Positions 32,930 through 43,190 of a stretch of DNA of 63,672 nucleotides are shown here, one piece after another. Each line of letters starts with the position of its first letter. Position 1 is the stretch's first letter. The DNA lies in the NCBI GenBank assembly GCA_003599735.1, contig QZJI01000057.1, forward strand, positions 1 to 63,672, written 5' to 3'. A program made the translations under genes and the position numbers. The notes under the pieces are model-generated. The model saw only the letters and a program-made list of their open reading frames with translations, was not told the DNA's origin and ran no database searches. Source of the DNA: Dehalococcoidia bacterium. Lineage in GTDB: Bacteria; Chloroflexota; Dehalococcoidia; UBA2979.

Positions 32930-34732
32930 ATGGAACGCTTCGGCTACTGGAACAAGATCCTCCATGTCGACCTGACCGCTGGCACGACGAGCATCGAGGA
33001 ACCAGGCGACGATTTCTTCCGCCTCTACGGTGGTGGTCGAGGGCTCATCGGCCACTATCTGCTAAAGCACGTCCCGGCCGGGGCCGATCCGCTGGGGCCG
33101 GACAACGTGTTGATCTTCGCGCCGGGCGTCCTCACCGGCGCGCCGGTGCCCGGCGCCGGTCGGCACAGCGTGGGGGCGAAGTCCCCGCTGTCGGGCGGCT
33201 TTGGCGAATCGGAGGCGGGCGGCTTCTGGGGGGCGGAGCTGAAGCGTGCTGGCTGGGATGCCATCGTCGTCCACGGTGTGTCGGCGAAGCCCGTCTATCT
33301 CTGGATCAACGACGGTGACGTGGAGATCCGTGACGCGGCGCACCTGTGGGGCAAGATCACGGGTGATGTCGAAGAGATATTGAAGGAAGAGGTCAGTGAC
33401 CCGCGCATTCGTGTGGCGCAGATCGGTCCGGCGGGCGAGAACCTCGTCCGTTTCGGCAACATCACGAACGACCTCAACGAGTTCGCGGGCCGCACAGGCA
33501 TGGGCGCCGTCATGGGTTCCAAGCGCCTGAAGGCGGTCGTGGTGCGCGGGCGTACGCCTGTGAAGGTCGCCGACCAACCGGGACTTCTCGCGATCTCGAA
33601 GTGGGTGAGCAGCACCGTCGACGAGGTCCACCGCGGCTTCCATGAGTACGGCACCGGCGGCGCGATGCAAGGGAAGAACCTCGACGGCGGCATGCCCACA
33701 CTGAACTACCGCATGGGCGCCTTCGACGAGATCGCGAAGGTGGATGCGATCGCGATCAAGGAGGAAGTGCGTGTCGACATGGGCGCGTGCTTCGCCTGCT
33801 CCGTGCGCTGCAAGAAGGTCGTGCAGATCGAGCAGCGTGCGGAGGACGCGGGTGTGACCCGAAAGGGCGTGCAGATCGCCGTCGACCCAAAAGGCCGCTA
33901 CCGCGTGGACCCAAAATACGGCGGGCCGGAGTACGAATCTCTTGCCTCGCTTGGTCCCAACCTCGGCGTAGACGACATCGTCGCCGTCTGCAAGTCCAAC
34001 GAAATCTGCAACTACCTCGGTATGGACACGATCACCGCGGGTGCCACGATTGCCTGGGCGATGGAGTGCTACGAGAAGGGCATCTTGACGGTGGAGGACA
34101 CCGACGGTGTGAAATTGCAGTTCAGCGACGGTGACGCTGTCGTGCAGATGCTGGAACGGATCGCCTACCGGCAGGGGTTCGGCGACCTGCTGGCCGAGGG
34201 TTCGCAGCGGGCAGCGACAAAGGTGGCGCGTGGGTCTGAAGCTTTTCTCACGACCGTCAAAGGCATGGAGATGGCGATGCACGACCCGCGCCACATGCCG
34301 CCCATGCGCGCGAGCTATCTTCTGGCCCCCACCGGCGGGGACCACATGCGCCAGACTGGCGACAAGAATAGCCTGCGCAACCAGGTTGGGATGTGCCATT
34401 TCCTCGCCTACGACGATGCGCAGACGGAGCAGATCCTGAATGCCGTCACCGGCTGGGGCATCGATCAGCAGGAGATGATCGCGACGGCGCATCGTGGCCT
34501 GACGCTCGCGCGCCTCTTCAACATGCGTGAAGGGTTCACCCGCGCGGACGACCGCCTGCCGAAGCGATTCTACGAGGATCTGCCGAAGCACCAGGGCCTG
34601 ACGGATGAGCTACTGGCCCAGATCGTCACCGACTACTACATCGAGCAGGGCTGGGACCCGCAGACCGGCAAGCCGACGGCAGAGACGGTGCGCGAGCTCG
34701 GCCTCCAGGCAGACGCCGCCGGGCTGGTGTGA
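32930..34732 (+). CDS. Aldehyde:ferredoxin oxidoreductase (tungstopterin AOR family)
   Basis: N-terminus MERFGYWNKILHVDLT..YGGGRGL, Cys-rich ACFACSVRCKK cluster region, about 600 aa. The upstream part of the track ORF overlaps the MoaD-like gene. Confidence 0.85.
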   Translation: MERFGYWNKILHVDLTAGTTSIEEPGDDFFRLYGGGRGLIGHYLLKHVPAGADPLGPDNVLIFAPGVLTGAPVPGAGRHSVGAKSPLSGGFGESEAGGFWGAELKRAGWDAIVVHGVSAKPVYLWINDGDVEIRDAAHLWGKITGDVEEILKEEVSDPRIRVAQIGPAGENLVRFGNITNDLNEFAGRTGMGAVMGSKRLKAVVVRGRTPVKVADQPGLLAISKWVSSTVDEVHRGFHEYGTGGAMQGKNLDGGMPTLNYRMGAFDEIAKVDAIAIKEEVRVDMGACFACSVRCKKVVQIEQRAEDAGVTRKGVQIAVDPKGRYRVDPKYGGPEYESLASLGPNLGVDDIVAVCKSNEICNYLGMDTITAGATIAWAMECYEKGILTVEDTDGVKLQFSDGDAVVQMLERIAYRQGFGDLLAEGSQRAATKVARGSEAFLTTVKGMEMAMHDPRHMPPMRASYLLAPTGGDHMRQTGDKNSLRNQVGMCHFLAYDDAQTEQILNAVTGWGIDQQEMIATAHRGLTLARLFNMREGFTRADDRLPKRFYEDLPKHQGLTDELLAQIVTDYYIEQGWDPQTGKPTAETVRELGLQADAAGLV

Positions 34733-34914
34733 CTCCGTCCATCGGGACGGAATGAGAGACATAAACTTTTTCCAGATTCAGACACGCCTTTGCGATTCGT
34801 CCGAAGATTACCGACTCTCAACTCTTCGCAACCTTCCAGCCTGCTGTTCCCGACGAGGCGCTTTCGTACAGTGGCTTTCGTCAGGTGGAACTGAGCTCAT
34901 GGCGGGAGCATTCG

Positions 34915-35421
34915 ATGAAACTCAGGAAGATTGTTTCGGCGGTCGCGATGGCCGGCATGGCGTTCGGACTGGCGGCGACCTCGCTCGCGCAGGCGGGTGG
35001 CGCGACTACGTACAAGATGTCGCAAACGGTCACTTGGACGGAAACGGTGTGTGGTGTCACCTACACGGGCTGGATCCACGAGATCCAGCAGTACACGTTG
35101 ACCCCCACCGGTCAGTTGAATTTTCACTACATCGCCAACGGCGAAGCTCGTGACGCGGACGGGAACCACCTGAAGCTCAACAACAAGGAACTGGATCACA
35201 TCCTCCAGACAAGCGTCCCAAATCTCGCCCCATATGGCGGTAGCCTCCAGGGCTGGGTCGAAGACAACATGGACGTGATCGTCGAGATCAACGCCCAGTA
35301 CAACCAGCGGATCGTCAAGCCCGGCAACGGCGGCAAGACCCTCCAGAACCACTGGGTCTTCCAGGTCAACCACAACGGCACCACCGTCGACTCTGTGAAG
35401 TTCACGGGCTCCTGTAACTAG
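34915..35421 (+). CDS. Secreted hypothetical protein
   Basis: Signal peptide MKLRKIVSAVAMAGMAFGLAATSLAQA. No domain recognised. Confidence 0.55.
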   Translation: MKLRKIVSAVAMAGMAFGLAATSLAQAGGATTYKMSQTVTWTETVCGVTYTGWIHEIQQYTLTPTGQLNFHYIANGEARDADGNHLKLNNKELDHILQTSVPNLAPYGGSLQGWVEDNMDVIVEINAQYNQRIVKPGNGGKTLQNHWVFQVNHNGTTVDSVKFTGSCN

Positions 35422-35444
35422 ACCTCGAAGTCTTGCTGGCGGAC

Positions 35445-35481
35445 GAGAAGCCTGGGCCAACGCCCGGGCTTCTCTGTTTCG
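35445..35481 (+). terminator. Intrinsic terminator hairpin
   Basis: 12-bp stem GAGAAGCCTGGG/CCCGGGCTTCTC (one G-U pair), loop CCAACG, then TGTTTCG. Confidence 0.6.
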
Positions 35482-35502
35482 TCCACAGGGGTGGGGGCGC
35501 GG

Positions 35503-37221
35503 TTAGCGTGGGTTTGGTGGGGGAATGCCGTCCTTGCCTTCCGCGAGGTCCTTGCTGGTGTACACGCGGTAGAGGCGCGAGTTGGAGTACGCGGGGAACT
35601 CCTCCAGATACTCCGCCCACGGGGCACCTCGGGAGTGCAGCGTGGAAAATCGCTCCACCAGCGGCGTCTGCGCCACCGCACCCGAGGGCTGTCGGCCAGG
35701 GATCAGGATGAAGCGCACGCGGTCCACAGGCTGGTCGGTCAGTACGCTGAAGTCGCGGTCGGCGTCGAAGGCCACTTTCCCGGTATGCCGCGTGAAGAGC
35801 AGCACACCCCCGTGGACGAGGCCGTCCACCAGCGCCAGTGCCTCGGGTTCCTCGTCCATGTATTCATCGAGGACTTCGGTTGCTTCCTTGATCGCAGCGT
35901 ACTCCGTGCCGTACTGCGTCCGGAGGTCTGCCGAGCGCACCGCGCGGGCGAAGGTGTTTTCGTCTGGCGCGGAGCGGATGGTGTCACCCATGATGTGCAG
36001 GGTCGACACGCCGGAGAGCACGAAGACCGCGGTCGCAGCGGCATACGCGAGGTTGCGTCGTTTTGGCCGCCAGTCGCGCACGACCGCTGTGAGCAAGATT
36101 GCCGAAAACGGAATCGCGTAGATCCAGAATCTTGACCAGGACAGCAACTGCCCTCGGTAGACCTGGAGCGCGAGGAACGCCGGGCCTACGCCGGCGAAAA
36201 CCACGAGGATGAACAGCCCCCGGTCGCGCTTCGCGAGCGAGATCGCGAGCGCGATGGCCACTAGCGGCACGAACGGCGGGAATTCACGCACGAGGTAGAT
36301 AAGGACCCAGCGGGCCGTCGCGACAGGGTCGCCATACAGCGGGCTCAGTACCGGGTTTTGACCGAGCCGGATGCTCTCCGTGAAGTAGAGGTTTGAGCCC
36401 GCGCCGGTCAGGAAGGCGAACGGGTTGCCGAGGAAGAGCCATGTCCAGACGATCCACAGGATCACCATGTATGAGACGGGTGCGACGAACGCAATGATCA
36501 CCGCGCCCACTCGCTCTCGCCAGCGAGGCGTACGCCACTGCATCACGACGACCGACAGCACGCCCGCCGCGGCGAACGCGACGGCCTCGTACCGCACAAA
36601 GAAGGAAGCGCCCAGCAGCAGCCCCGCGACGAGCAGCCCTCTCGACTCCCTTGGGTCCCAGGAAGACAGGGCGCCGGCAGCGGCAACGGCAAAGAAGAGG
36701 AAGATGACCTCGGTCATGCCGTTGATCGAGGAGTAAAACACCAGCGGGTTCAGCATGACCACGAGCGTGAGCACGATCGCCCACTTCGTCGGGACCGCGC
36801 TGCGCTTCATCTGGCCCCACAGTGCGGCCGCGAGGGCACCCGCGAAGAGTGCGGAGACGATCTGCCCGGCGAAGATCGGGGCGGTGAACTTCTGTAGCGC
36901 CAGGACGAACGGTACTTCAGCGATCGAGGGCAGGGGTGGCCACACAAACCCCACCGCTGCAAGGTGCGGGTCGCGCGAGAGCACGACCGACTTCGCCTGC
37001 ACGACGCGAGCCATCGCGTCGCCGACGAATATCTGGGCGACGTAGACCAGCCACCACCCGCCCGCCATCGCGAGTGCGGCGATCAAAGCGAACCAGGCGA
37101 AGCCAGGGAGCAGGCTCGCCCGTGGTTTCCGTGCCACACGCTCCGCGGAGGGCACCCGCAATCGGGCGAGGTCGCCCGAGCCGAACATCCCGCTGGCCGG
37201 TCGTGGTTCGTCGAGCGCCAT
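35503..37221 (-). CDS. GT-C fold membrane glycosyltransferase (ArnT/PMT, GT39-like)
   Basis: 572 aa with more than 10 hydrophobic helices and a soluble C-terminal domain. The family call is by architecture only. Confidence 0.5.
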   Translation of the reverse strand: MALDEPRPASGMFGSGDLARLRVPSAERVARKPRASLLPGFAWFALIAALAMAGGWWLVYVAQIFVGDAMARVVQAKSVVLSRDPHLAAVGFVWPPLPSIAEVPFVLALQKFTAPIFAGQIVSALFAGALAAALWGQMKRSAVPTKWAIVLTLVVMLNPLVFYSSINGMTEVIFLFFAVAAAGALSSWDPRESRGLLVAGLLLGASFFVRYEAVAFAAAGVLSVVVMQWRTPRWRERVGAVIIAFVAPVSYMVILWIVWTWLFLGNPFAFLTGAGSNLYFTESIRLGQNPVLSPLYGDPVATARWVLIYLVREFPPFVPLVAIALAISLAKRDRGLFILVVFAGVGPAFLALQVYRGQLLSWSRFWIYAIPFSAILLTAVVRDWRPKRRNLAYAAATAVFVLSGVSTLHIMGDTIRSAPDENTFARAVRSADLRTQYGTEYAAIKEATEVLDEYMDEEPEALALVDGLVHGGVLLFTRHTGKVAFDADRDFSVLTDQPVDRVRFILIPGRQPSGAVAQTPLVERFSTLHSRGAPWAEYLEEFPAYSNSRLYRVYTSKDLAEGKDGIPPPNPR

Positions 37222-37242
37222 CAGGCCTCCTGTGGCGCGAGT

Positions 37243-37698
37243 CTAGAGCGTGAAGCGCATCACGCGGTGGTCGATGCCGGCTTCAAGGTAGATCGCGCCT
37301 TCGGCCACGTACCCGAGACGCTCGTAAAATGGAATGGCCGTGACTTGCGCCGAGATTTCGATGCTGCGGTACCCGCGTGCTCGCGCCTCCTCATGGAGGC
37401 GTTCCATGAGGGCGTTCCCTACCTGATGGCGTCGCCATTCCGGAAGAACGGCGACACGGCCGAGGTGTATCGGTCCGCTCGTGGGGGCATCGAGAAGGAG
37501 CCGTGCGGTCCCCACCGCTGCGCCATTCACACGCGCCAGCAGATGCAGGGCGTGGCTATTCGTAGGGGTGGCGTCGTACTGATCGATCTCCTCGTCCGCG
37601 GGGATGCGCTGCTCGTCGACGAACACACGGAAGCGGATGGCGAACGCCTCACGCAACTCCTCGATCGAGGTGACCCGCTGGACTTCGATCTCCGCCAT
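37243..37698 (-). CDS. GNAT-family N-acetyltransferase
   Basis: RVAVLPEWRRHQVGNALMERL..ARARGYRSIEISAQVTAIPFYERLGY is the acetyl-CoA binding core. Confidence 0.8.
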   Translation of the reverse strand: MAEIEVQRVTSIEELREAFAIRFRVFVDEQRIPADEEIDQYDATPTNSHALHLLARVNGAAVGTARLLLDAPTSGPIHLGRVAVLPEWRRHQVGNALMERLHEEARARGYRSIEISAQVTAIPFYERLGYVAEGAIYLEAGIDHRVMRFTL

Positions 37699-37748
37699 GC
37701 GGCCTCCATGGCGATCGTAGCGGGAGTGCCGAGGGCTATGCTCTGCCG

Positions 37749-39080
37749 ATGAGTATCGACTGGCCGGCCGTCCACTCCGAAGCGCTCGACGTGCTTCGCC
37801 AGTACCTCAAGATCGACACCTCCAACCCGCCCGGCAACGAGGCCGCCGCCGCGCGTTACCTCGGCGGCCTGCTGGCCGTCGAGGGCATCGAGTGCGAATT
37901 CATCCAGACAGCGCCGGGGCGCGAAGCGATCGTGGGCCGACTGCGGGGGGACGGCTCACGCGGCGGGGCGCTCATGCTGGCGAACCACCTGGACACCGTG
38001 CCCGCTGACCCCACCGGATGGACATCGCCTCCGTTTGAGGCGGAGGTGCGCGCTGGCCGGGTCTACGGGCGGGGCGCCGTGGACATGAAGGGCACTGGTG
38101 TCATGCATCTCTTCGCGGTGCTCCTCGCGAAGCGTCATGGCCTGCGCCTCGCGCGCGACCTTATCTTCCTCGCCGCGCCGGACGAGGAGCTCGGGTCCGG
38201 CTGGGGCATCGAATGGCTGATCCGAGAGCGCCCCGACCTCTTCGACGGTGTCGCGTTCACCCTCAACGAGGGTGCGAGCGGCGTGCCGGAGTTCGCGGGC
38301 CGCTCCGCCCACCTCTTCGAAGTCGCGATCTCTGAGAAGGAACTGGCGCCTCTCCGGATCGTGGCAACAGGCGTCGCCGGGCACGGCAGCAAGCCCGCGC
38401 GCGACAGCGCCACCGTGCGGCTATTGGACGCCCTTAACCGCCTGCGTCGCTGGCAGCGTGGGATCACCTATACGCCGGAAACGCGTGCCTACCTTGACCG
38501 GCTGCAAGCAGCTGGGCTGCTCGACGATCTCAGCGACCGCGCCGGTGTAGAGGCGGCTATTAGCGCCAGTCCAGACACGGTGGCGGCGTTCACCAACACA
38601 CTGAACGTGACCGTGCTCCGAGCGGGCAGTCAGTCGAACGTCATCCCCGGCCGTGCGGAGGCCCTCGTGGACTGCCGCCTGCTTCCTGGCCAGTCCCGCG
38701 ACGCCTGGGTTGCCGAAGTCGCGGCGGTCATCGGCGACCCGCTGGTGCAGGTCTCGCTCGAGTATCCCTCCTCCGCGCCGGTGGTCGTCTCCCCGTGGGA
38801 CACCGAGGTCTCCCGTGTCATTACCCAGGTCCTTACGGAGACGTTCGAGGACGCGGTAGTTCTGCCGTCATCCTCGATCGTAGGAACGGACAATCGCTTC
38901 ATACGTCCGCTGGGCATACCTGCCTATGGGTTCATCCCCTGCCTGCTCTCGCAAGAGGAGCGCGACGGGTTCCACGCGCACGATGAATTCCTCACGGTTG
39001 AGAACCTTAACCTCGGCGTGGAGGTGATGTATGAGGTCGTCCGACGTCTCTGCGAGGTTCAGTCAAGCGTCGCGCGGTAA
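37749..39080 (+). CDS. M20-family metallopeptidase/deacylase
   Basis: ANHLDTVPAD, GRGAVDMKG, PDEELGS and about 440 aa. Confidence 0.8.
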   Translation: MSIDWPAVHSEALDVLRQYLKIDTSNPPGNEAAAARYLGGLLAVEGIECEFIQTAPGREAIVGRLRGDGSRGGALMLANHLDTVPADPTGWTSPPFEAEVRAGRVYGRGAVDMKGTGVMHLFAVLLAKRHGLRLARDLIFLAAPDEELGSGWGIEWLIRERPDLFDGVAFTLNEGASGVPEFAGRSAHLFEVAISEKELAPLRIVATGVAGHGSKPARDSATVRLLDALNRLRRWQRGITYTPETRAYLDRLQAAGLLDDLSDRAGVEAAISASPDTVAAFTNTLNVTVLRAGSQSNVIPGRAEALVDCRLLPGQSRDAWVAEVAAVIGDPLVQVSLEYPSSAPVVVSPWDTEVSRVITQVLTETFEDAVVLPSSSIVGTDNRFIRPLGIPAYGFIPCLLSQEERDGFHAHDEFLTVENLNLGVEVMYEVVRRLCEVQSSVAR

Positions 39081-39097
39081 GCAAGGGGCGCGGTTGC

Positions 39098-39925
39098 CTA
39101 CGCTCTCCCGAGGGCCTCGATGTTCACGTAGAAGAAGAACGCCTGTGGCTCGCGCGTCCAGCGTCGCCATCCCTGGGCGATTGCTTCGAGATCGGCGGAC
39201 GTGGCCAGCCCGTACTCGACAGCCTGGGTGGCGAGCGCCGAGTGCGTGACGCGCTCAGCCCAGGAGAGCCCCCAATTTTCCACTGCGGCGTGCTCATGGA
39301 AAAGGACGGTCGTTGCGCTGACGGTCACATCGTGGAACCCGGCATCCTGTAGCCAGCCCGGCAGCTGCCGCCCGGCATCCGCCTCCGCCTCGTTTCGTGC
39401 CGCTACCTCGTGGTAGAGCGCGAGCCAACGCTCGATCTCCGGGGTGCGCGGGAATGCGGTCATCGTCGCGTAGTCGGCGTCGCGTACGGCGACGACCCCG
39501 CCAGGCTTCAGCACGCGGCGCATCTCTCGCGCGGCGTCGACCGGCCTTGTGAGGTGCTGGAGTACCTGGTGGGCGTAGCACACGTCGAAGGCGGCGTCCG
39601 GGTAGCCGAGCGCGTAGACGCTGCCCTCCTCGAACCGCACGTTCGGGATGCCAGCGTTCGCCTCGCGCGCCTGGTCGAGGACCGCCGGCACAATGTCGAT
39701 CCCCACGACTTCGCCCGGCGCGACGGCGCGCGCAAGGCCGGTCGTGATCGTCCCGGGCCCGCAGCCGACATCGAGCAGGCGCATGCCGGGGCGGAGGTGT
39801 GGGAGCAGGAACGCCGCGTCCACCTCGGCGGTGCGTCGAGCGTGCTGCTCGACGACAGAGGTGTGATGGCCATGTGTGTAGCGGTCGGAGTTGGTGGTCA
39901 TGGCAACGGACGATAGCAGCATCAA
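39098..39925 (-). CDS. Class I SAM-dependent methyltransferase
   Basis: Motif I LLDVGCGPGTIT. UbiE/COQ5-like length. Start may be M9 (39901). Confidence 0.75.
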   Translation of the reverse strand: MMLLSSVAMTTNSDRYTHGHHTSVVEQHARRTAEVDAAFLLPHLRPGMRLLDVGCGPGTITTGLARAVAPGEVVGIDIVPAVLDQAREANAGIPNVRFEEGSVYALGYPDAAFDVCYAHQVLQHLTRPVDAAREMRRVLKPGGVVAVRDADYATMTAFPRTPEIERWLALYHEVAARNEAEADAGRQLPGWLQDAGFHDVTVSATTVLFHEHAAVENWGLSWAERVTHSALATQAVEYGLATSADLEAIAQGWRRWTREPQAFFFYVNIEALGRA

Positions 39926-39958
39926 GGCGCATCCCGGAGGTCACTCCCCGCAGAGTCT

Positions 39959-40963
39959 CTACAGCATCTCCAACCGTTCCATCGCCGTCTGCACCAGCAT
40001 CGTATGTAGCTCGGCCCGTCGGCCTTCGTCCTGGCCGTACTGCCCCATCTCGATAAGGACGGGCGTACAGCCTTCTACCCAGCGCGCGAACCCGAGCGAG
40101 GTCGTGCCGCCCGCGAGTTGAGGTGTCACAGAATCGGGGAGCGCCGTGGAGGATGGTGTCGCTGTCGGGCGTGGCGTCGACCCGGCGGCGGGTGTGCCGC
40201 TTGGCTGGCCGCCGATGTTGGTGCGAAGGGTGAACTGCTCGCGTTGGGAGACACGACTATTTACGCTCTTGACCGTCTGCTGCAGCAGCGGCAGTGTCAT
40301 CGTCGTGCCCCCGCTCGAGAGTGTCTGGCCAATGAACGCCGTGCCGCCGCTGGTGCCGCGCTCGTTGTAGAACATCCATGACTCGTGCAGATCGAATAGC
40401 CACTTAGGCCGGTAGTGCTGTGCGACGTTCACTACCGCGGCCGCCATCCGCTGCATCGGTAGGACGCTGTTGGGATTTCCTGGGTAGCTGCGGTTGAGGT
40501 CGCCAAAGCCGTCGACGGTCCGCACCATCGCCTGGGTCGACAGCCGGTTCAGTCTGGGCATGACGATCAGGCTCCCGTTCCGGGGTTGCCAGCGAGCGAT
40601 CTCCTCAGCGGCGAGCCATCCGCCCGGCTCGTTCCCGTGGACGCCACCGAAGATCATCACGCGCGACCCAGGAAGGCCAGTGTGGATCGCCACGCCGGGC
40701 GTTTCCCACTGCGTACCCGGCATCAGCGCGAACGATTCCACGCCAGCAGCAAACACCGGCTCAGGGGTGGGCACTGGTGGTGGTGGGGCTGGAGTGGCAT
40801 CGATCGTTACGGCACTGGCAGGCGGTTCCAGAGCGTGACTGCATGCGGCCACGAAGGCTGTGAGGGCGGCGGTGCCGCCGGATAGCGCAAGGAAGCGCCG
40901 ACGGCTGATCCGGCCCACTCGGCGAGGTTCCGCCATCCAGTCATTCGCTGAGGGTCGATCCAT
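39959..40963 (-). CDS. Tat-exported M14/AstE-AspA-like zinc carboxypeptidase-fold protein
   Basis: Twin-arginine signal SRRRFLALSGGTAALTAFVAAC, and IFGGVHGNEPGG. Confidence 0.6.
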   Translation of the reverse strand: MDRPSANDWMAEPRRVGRISRRRFLALSGGTAALTAFVAACSHALEPPASAVTIDATPAPPPPVPTPEPVFAAGVESFALMPGTQWETPGVAIHTGLPGSRVMIFGGVHGNEPGGWLAAEEIARWQPRNGSLIVMPRLNRLSTQAMVRTVDGFGDLNRSYPGNPNSVLPMQRMAAAVVNVAQHYRPKWLFDLHESWMFYNERGTSGGTAFIGQTLSSGGTTMTLPLLQQTVKSVNSRVSQREQFTLRTNIGGQPSGTPAAGSTPRPTATPSSTALPDSVTPQLAGGTTSLGFARWVEGCTPVLIEMGQYGQDEGRRAELHTMLVQTAMERLEML

Positions 40964-41065
40964 GGGGGGAGCATACGATCCGTGCGCTACGGATGTGTTG
41001 TGCGTCCCGCGCGACTCCGCCGGCGCCCAATCGGTGACATAACAGCCTAGTCGCAGGTGTCGACG

Positions 41066-41731
41066 TTAGTACGACGAGACATCCATCTGGGGCAGCATCC
41101 CCGTCGCCGCATAGACCGTGCGTTCAGCGATGTTCGTCGCGCGGTCGCCGATGCGTTCGAGGTTGTGCGCGCACCAGAGGAGATGTGTGGCGGGCTCGAT
41201 TGTGCTGGGGTCGCTGGCCATGATCTGCAGGAGATCTGCGTAAATCTGTTCGTACAATTGGTCGACGACATCGTCCATCCGCCCGACGCCATATGCCGCT
41301 TCCGCGTTGCGGTCGACAAATGACTGGACGGCCAGTCGCAGCATTTCACGCGCCTTCGTGGCCATGATCGGCAGGTCGATCAAGGGCTTGACGAGCGGCT
41401 CGTCCTGCATCATCAGCACGATCTTGGCGATGCCCTCGGCGTGGTCGCCCATCCGCTCCAGATTGTCCAGCACAGAGGTGACAGAGACGATCACGCGGAG
41501 ATCGCCGGCCATTGGCGCTTGCAGGGACAAGAGCGAAATGGACGCGTTCTGCAGATGGAAATTCAGCTGGTTGATGTCGACGTCGTGCTCAACCACCTCG
41601 CGGGCCATTGCGGCGTCACGTTCGACGAGCGCGGTCATGGCACGTTCGGTCGCGCGGTCGACCATCGACCCCATCTCGATCACGCCATCGAGGAGCTGGG
41701 TGATCTGCCGGTGGAATTGATCGCGGGCCAT
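41066..41731 (-). CDS. phoU: Phosphate signalling complex protein PhoU
   Basis: Two PhoU repeats (ERMGDHAEGIAK and LERIGDRATNIAE). Start at MARDQF with GGGAGG upstream. Confidence 0.9.
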   Translation of the reverse strand: MARDQFHRQITQLLDGVIEMGSMVDRATERAMTALVERDAAMAREVVEHDVDINQLNFHLQNASISLLSLQAPMAGDLRVIVSVTSVLDNLERMGDHAEGIAKIVLMMQDEPLVKPLIDLPIMATKAREMLRLAVQSFVDRNAEAAYGVGRMDDVVDQLYEQIYADLLQIMASDPSTIEPATHLLWCAHNLERIGDRATNIAERTVYAATGMLPQMDVSSY

Positions 41732-41892
41732 AGCGACCTCCCTGCGCGGCACTGGGTCGCCGCCTGAGAAGTCTACGCCGTCAAAGGGGGGTGCTGATCA
41801 CGCGGCGTTAACGAGGACAGTGGAATCTCAGGTCAGTCGAAGAGAAGAGCAACCCGCCCACAGGGCGGGCCAACCAGAGGAGACTGAGAAGG

Positions 41893-43068
41893 ATGAAGAT
41901 GGGAACGGGAACGCGCTGGAAGCGTCGGCTGGCTTTCGCGTTGGTCGCCACCTCGGTGGTTACGCTGGCCGCATGTGGAGACAGTAAAAATGAGGCGCCA
42001 GCGACCGCTACGGCGAGCGGTACAGCCACTGCGCCAAGCAAGGGTACAGCCACTACGCCCGGCACGATTGCGGCCGACATCGGTAAGGCGGACAAAGCCG
42101 ACCTGACCGGCGCGGGCGCAACCTTCCCGGCGCCGGTCTACCAGGCCTGGTTTGCTGACTACGCCAAGGTCGCGAAGGGCGTGAAGGTCAACTACCAAGG
42201 AGTCGGCTCAGGTGGCGGCATTCAGCAGTTCACGGAAAAGACCGTCGACTTCGGTGCAACGGATCTCGCGATGACCGACGCGGAGATGGCAAAGGCGCCG
42301 GACGCACAGCACATTCCGACGGTTCTCGGCTCGGTCGTCATCACGTACAACCTGAGCGGTGTCACGTCCGCCCTCAAATTCGACGGTGGCACGATCGCGA
42401 AAATTTGGCTGGGTAAAATCACAAAGTGGAACGACCCGGCGATTGCCGCGCTGAACCCGGGTGTGAAGCTCCCCGACGCAAAAATCGAAGTGGTGAGCCG
42501 TTCTGACTCATCCGGGACATCCGGTGTATTCACGGACTACCTCTCCTCCATCTCGCCGGACTGGAAGAGTGCCATCGGTGTCCAGAAGGCCCCGAAATGG
42601 CCGGTCGGTCAGGCGGGTAAGGGCAACGACGGCGTGACCAACGCCGTGAAGCAGACGGTCAACTCGATCGGTTACGTCGAGTTGAACTATGCAAAAGCGA
42701 ACAAGCTGCCGTTCGCGGACGTCAAGAACAAGGCTGGCAAGTTCGTCACGCCAACTATTGAGTCCACCTCGGCCGCGGCTGCGGGTGTCACGCTCCCAGA
42801 CGACTACCGTGGCTCGATCGTGAACGCGGACGGCGACACCGCCTACCCAATCGCTTCGTTCACTTACCTTTTGGTTCGTAAAGACGCCTCTTCGTGTGCG
42901 AAGGCGGCCCCGCTGGTCCGGATGCTGTGGTGGATTTCGCACGACACGGCTGCGGCTGCGACGGCGAAGTCGCTCGACTACGCGCCGCTGCCGGAGAAAG
43001 TCCTGCCGAAGCTGGAGACGACGCTGAAGTCCCTCAAGTGCGAAGGCAAGGCGATTCTGCCTCAGTAG
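41893..43068 (+). CDS. pstS: Phosphate ABC transporter substrate-binding lipoprotein PstS
   Basis: Lipobox LAAC, GAGATFP, GVGSGGGIQQF. Confidence 0.9.
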   Translation: MKMGTGTRWKRRLAFALVATSVVTLAACGDSKNEAPATATASGTATAPSKGTATTPGTIAADIGKADKADLTGAGATFPAPVYQAWFADYAKVAKGVKVNYQGVGSGGGIQQFTEKTVDFGATDLAMTDAEMAKAPDAQHIPTVLGSVVITYNLSGVTSALKFDGGTIAKIWLGKITKWNDPAIAALNPGVKLPDAKIEVVSRSDSSGTSGVFTDYLSSISPDWKSAIGVQKAPKWPVGQAGKGNDGVTNAVKQTVNSIGYVELNYAKANKLPFADVKNKAGKFVTPTIESTSAAAAGVTLPDDYRGSIVNADGDTAYPIASFTYLLVRKDASSCAKAAPLVRMLWWISHDTAAAATAKSLDYAPLPEKVLPKLETTLKSLKCEGKAILPQ

Positions 43069-43190
43069 CGAGCTACTGATGATGCGGTGCCGGGAGTGAT
43101 GCACGCCACTCCCGGTGCCGCGATAGTCTAGTCCGGCCGGCAGGAACCCCTGCCGGCCGGACGTCTGTCCGGTGCCGAGAGGGTTACACA

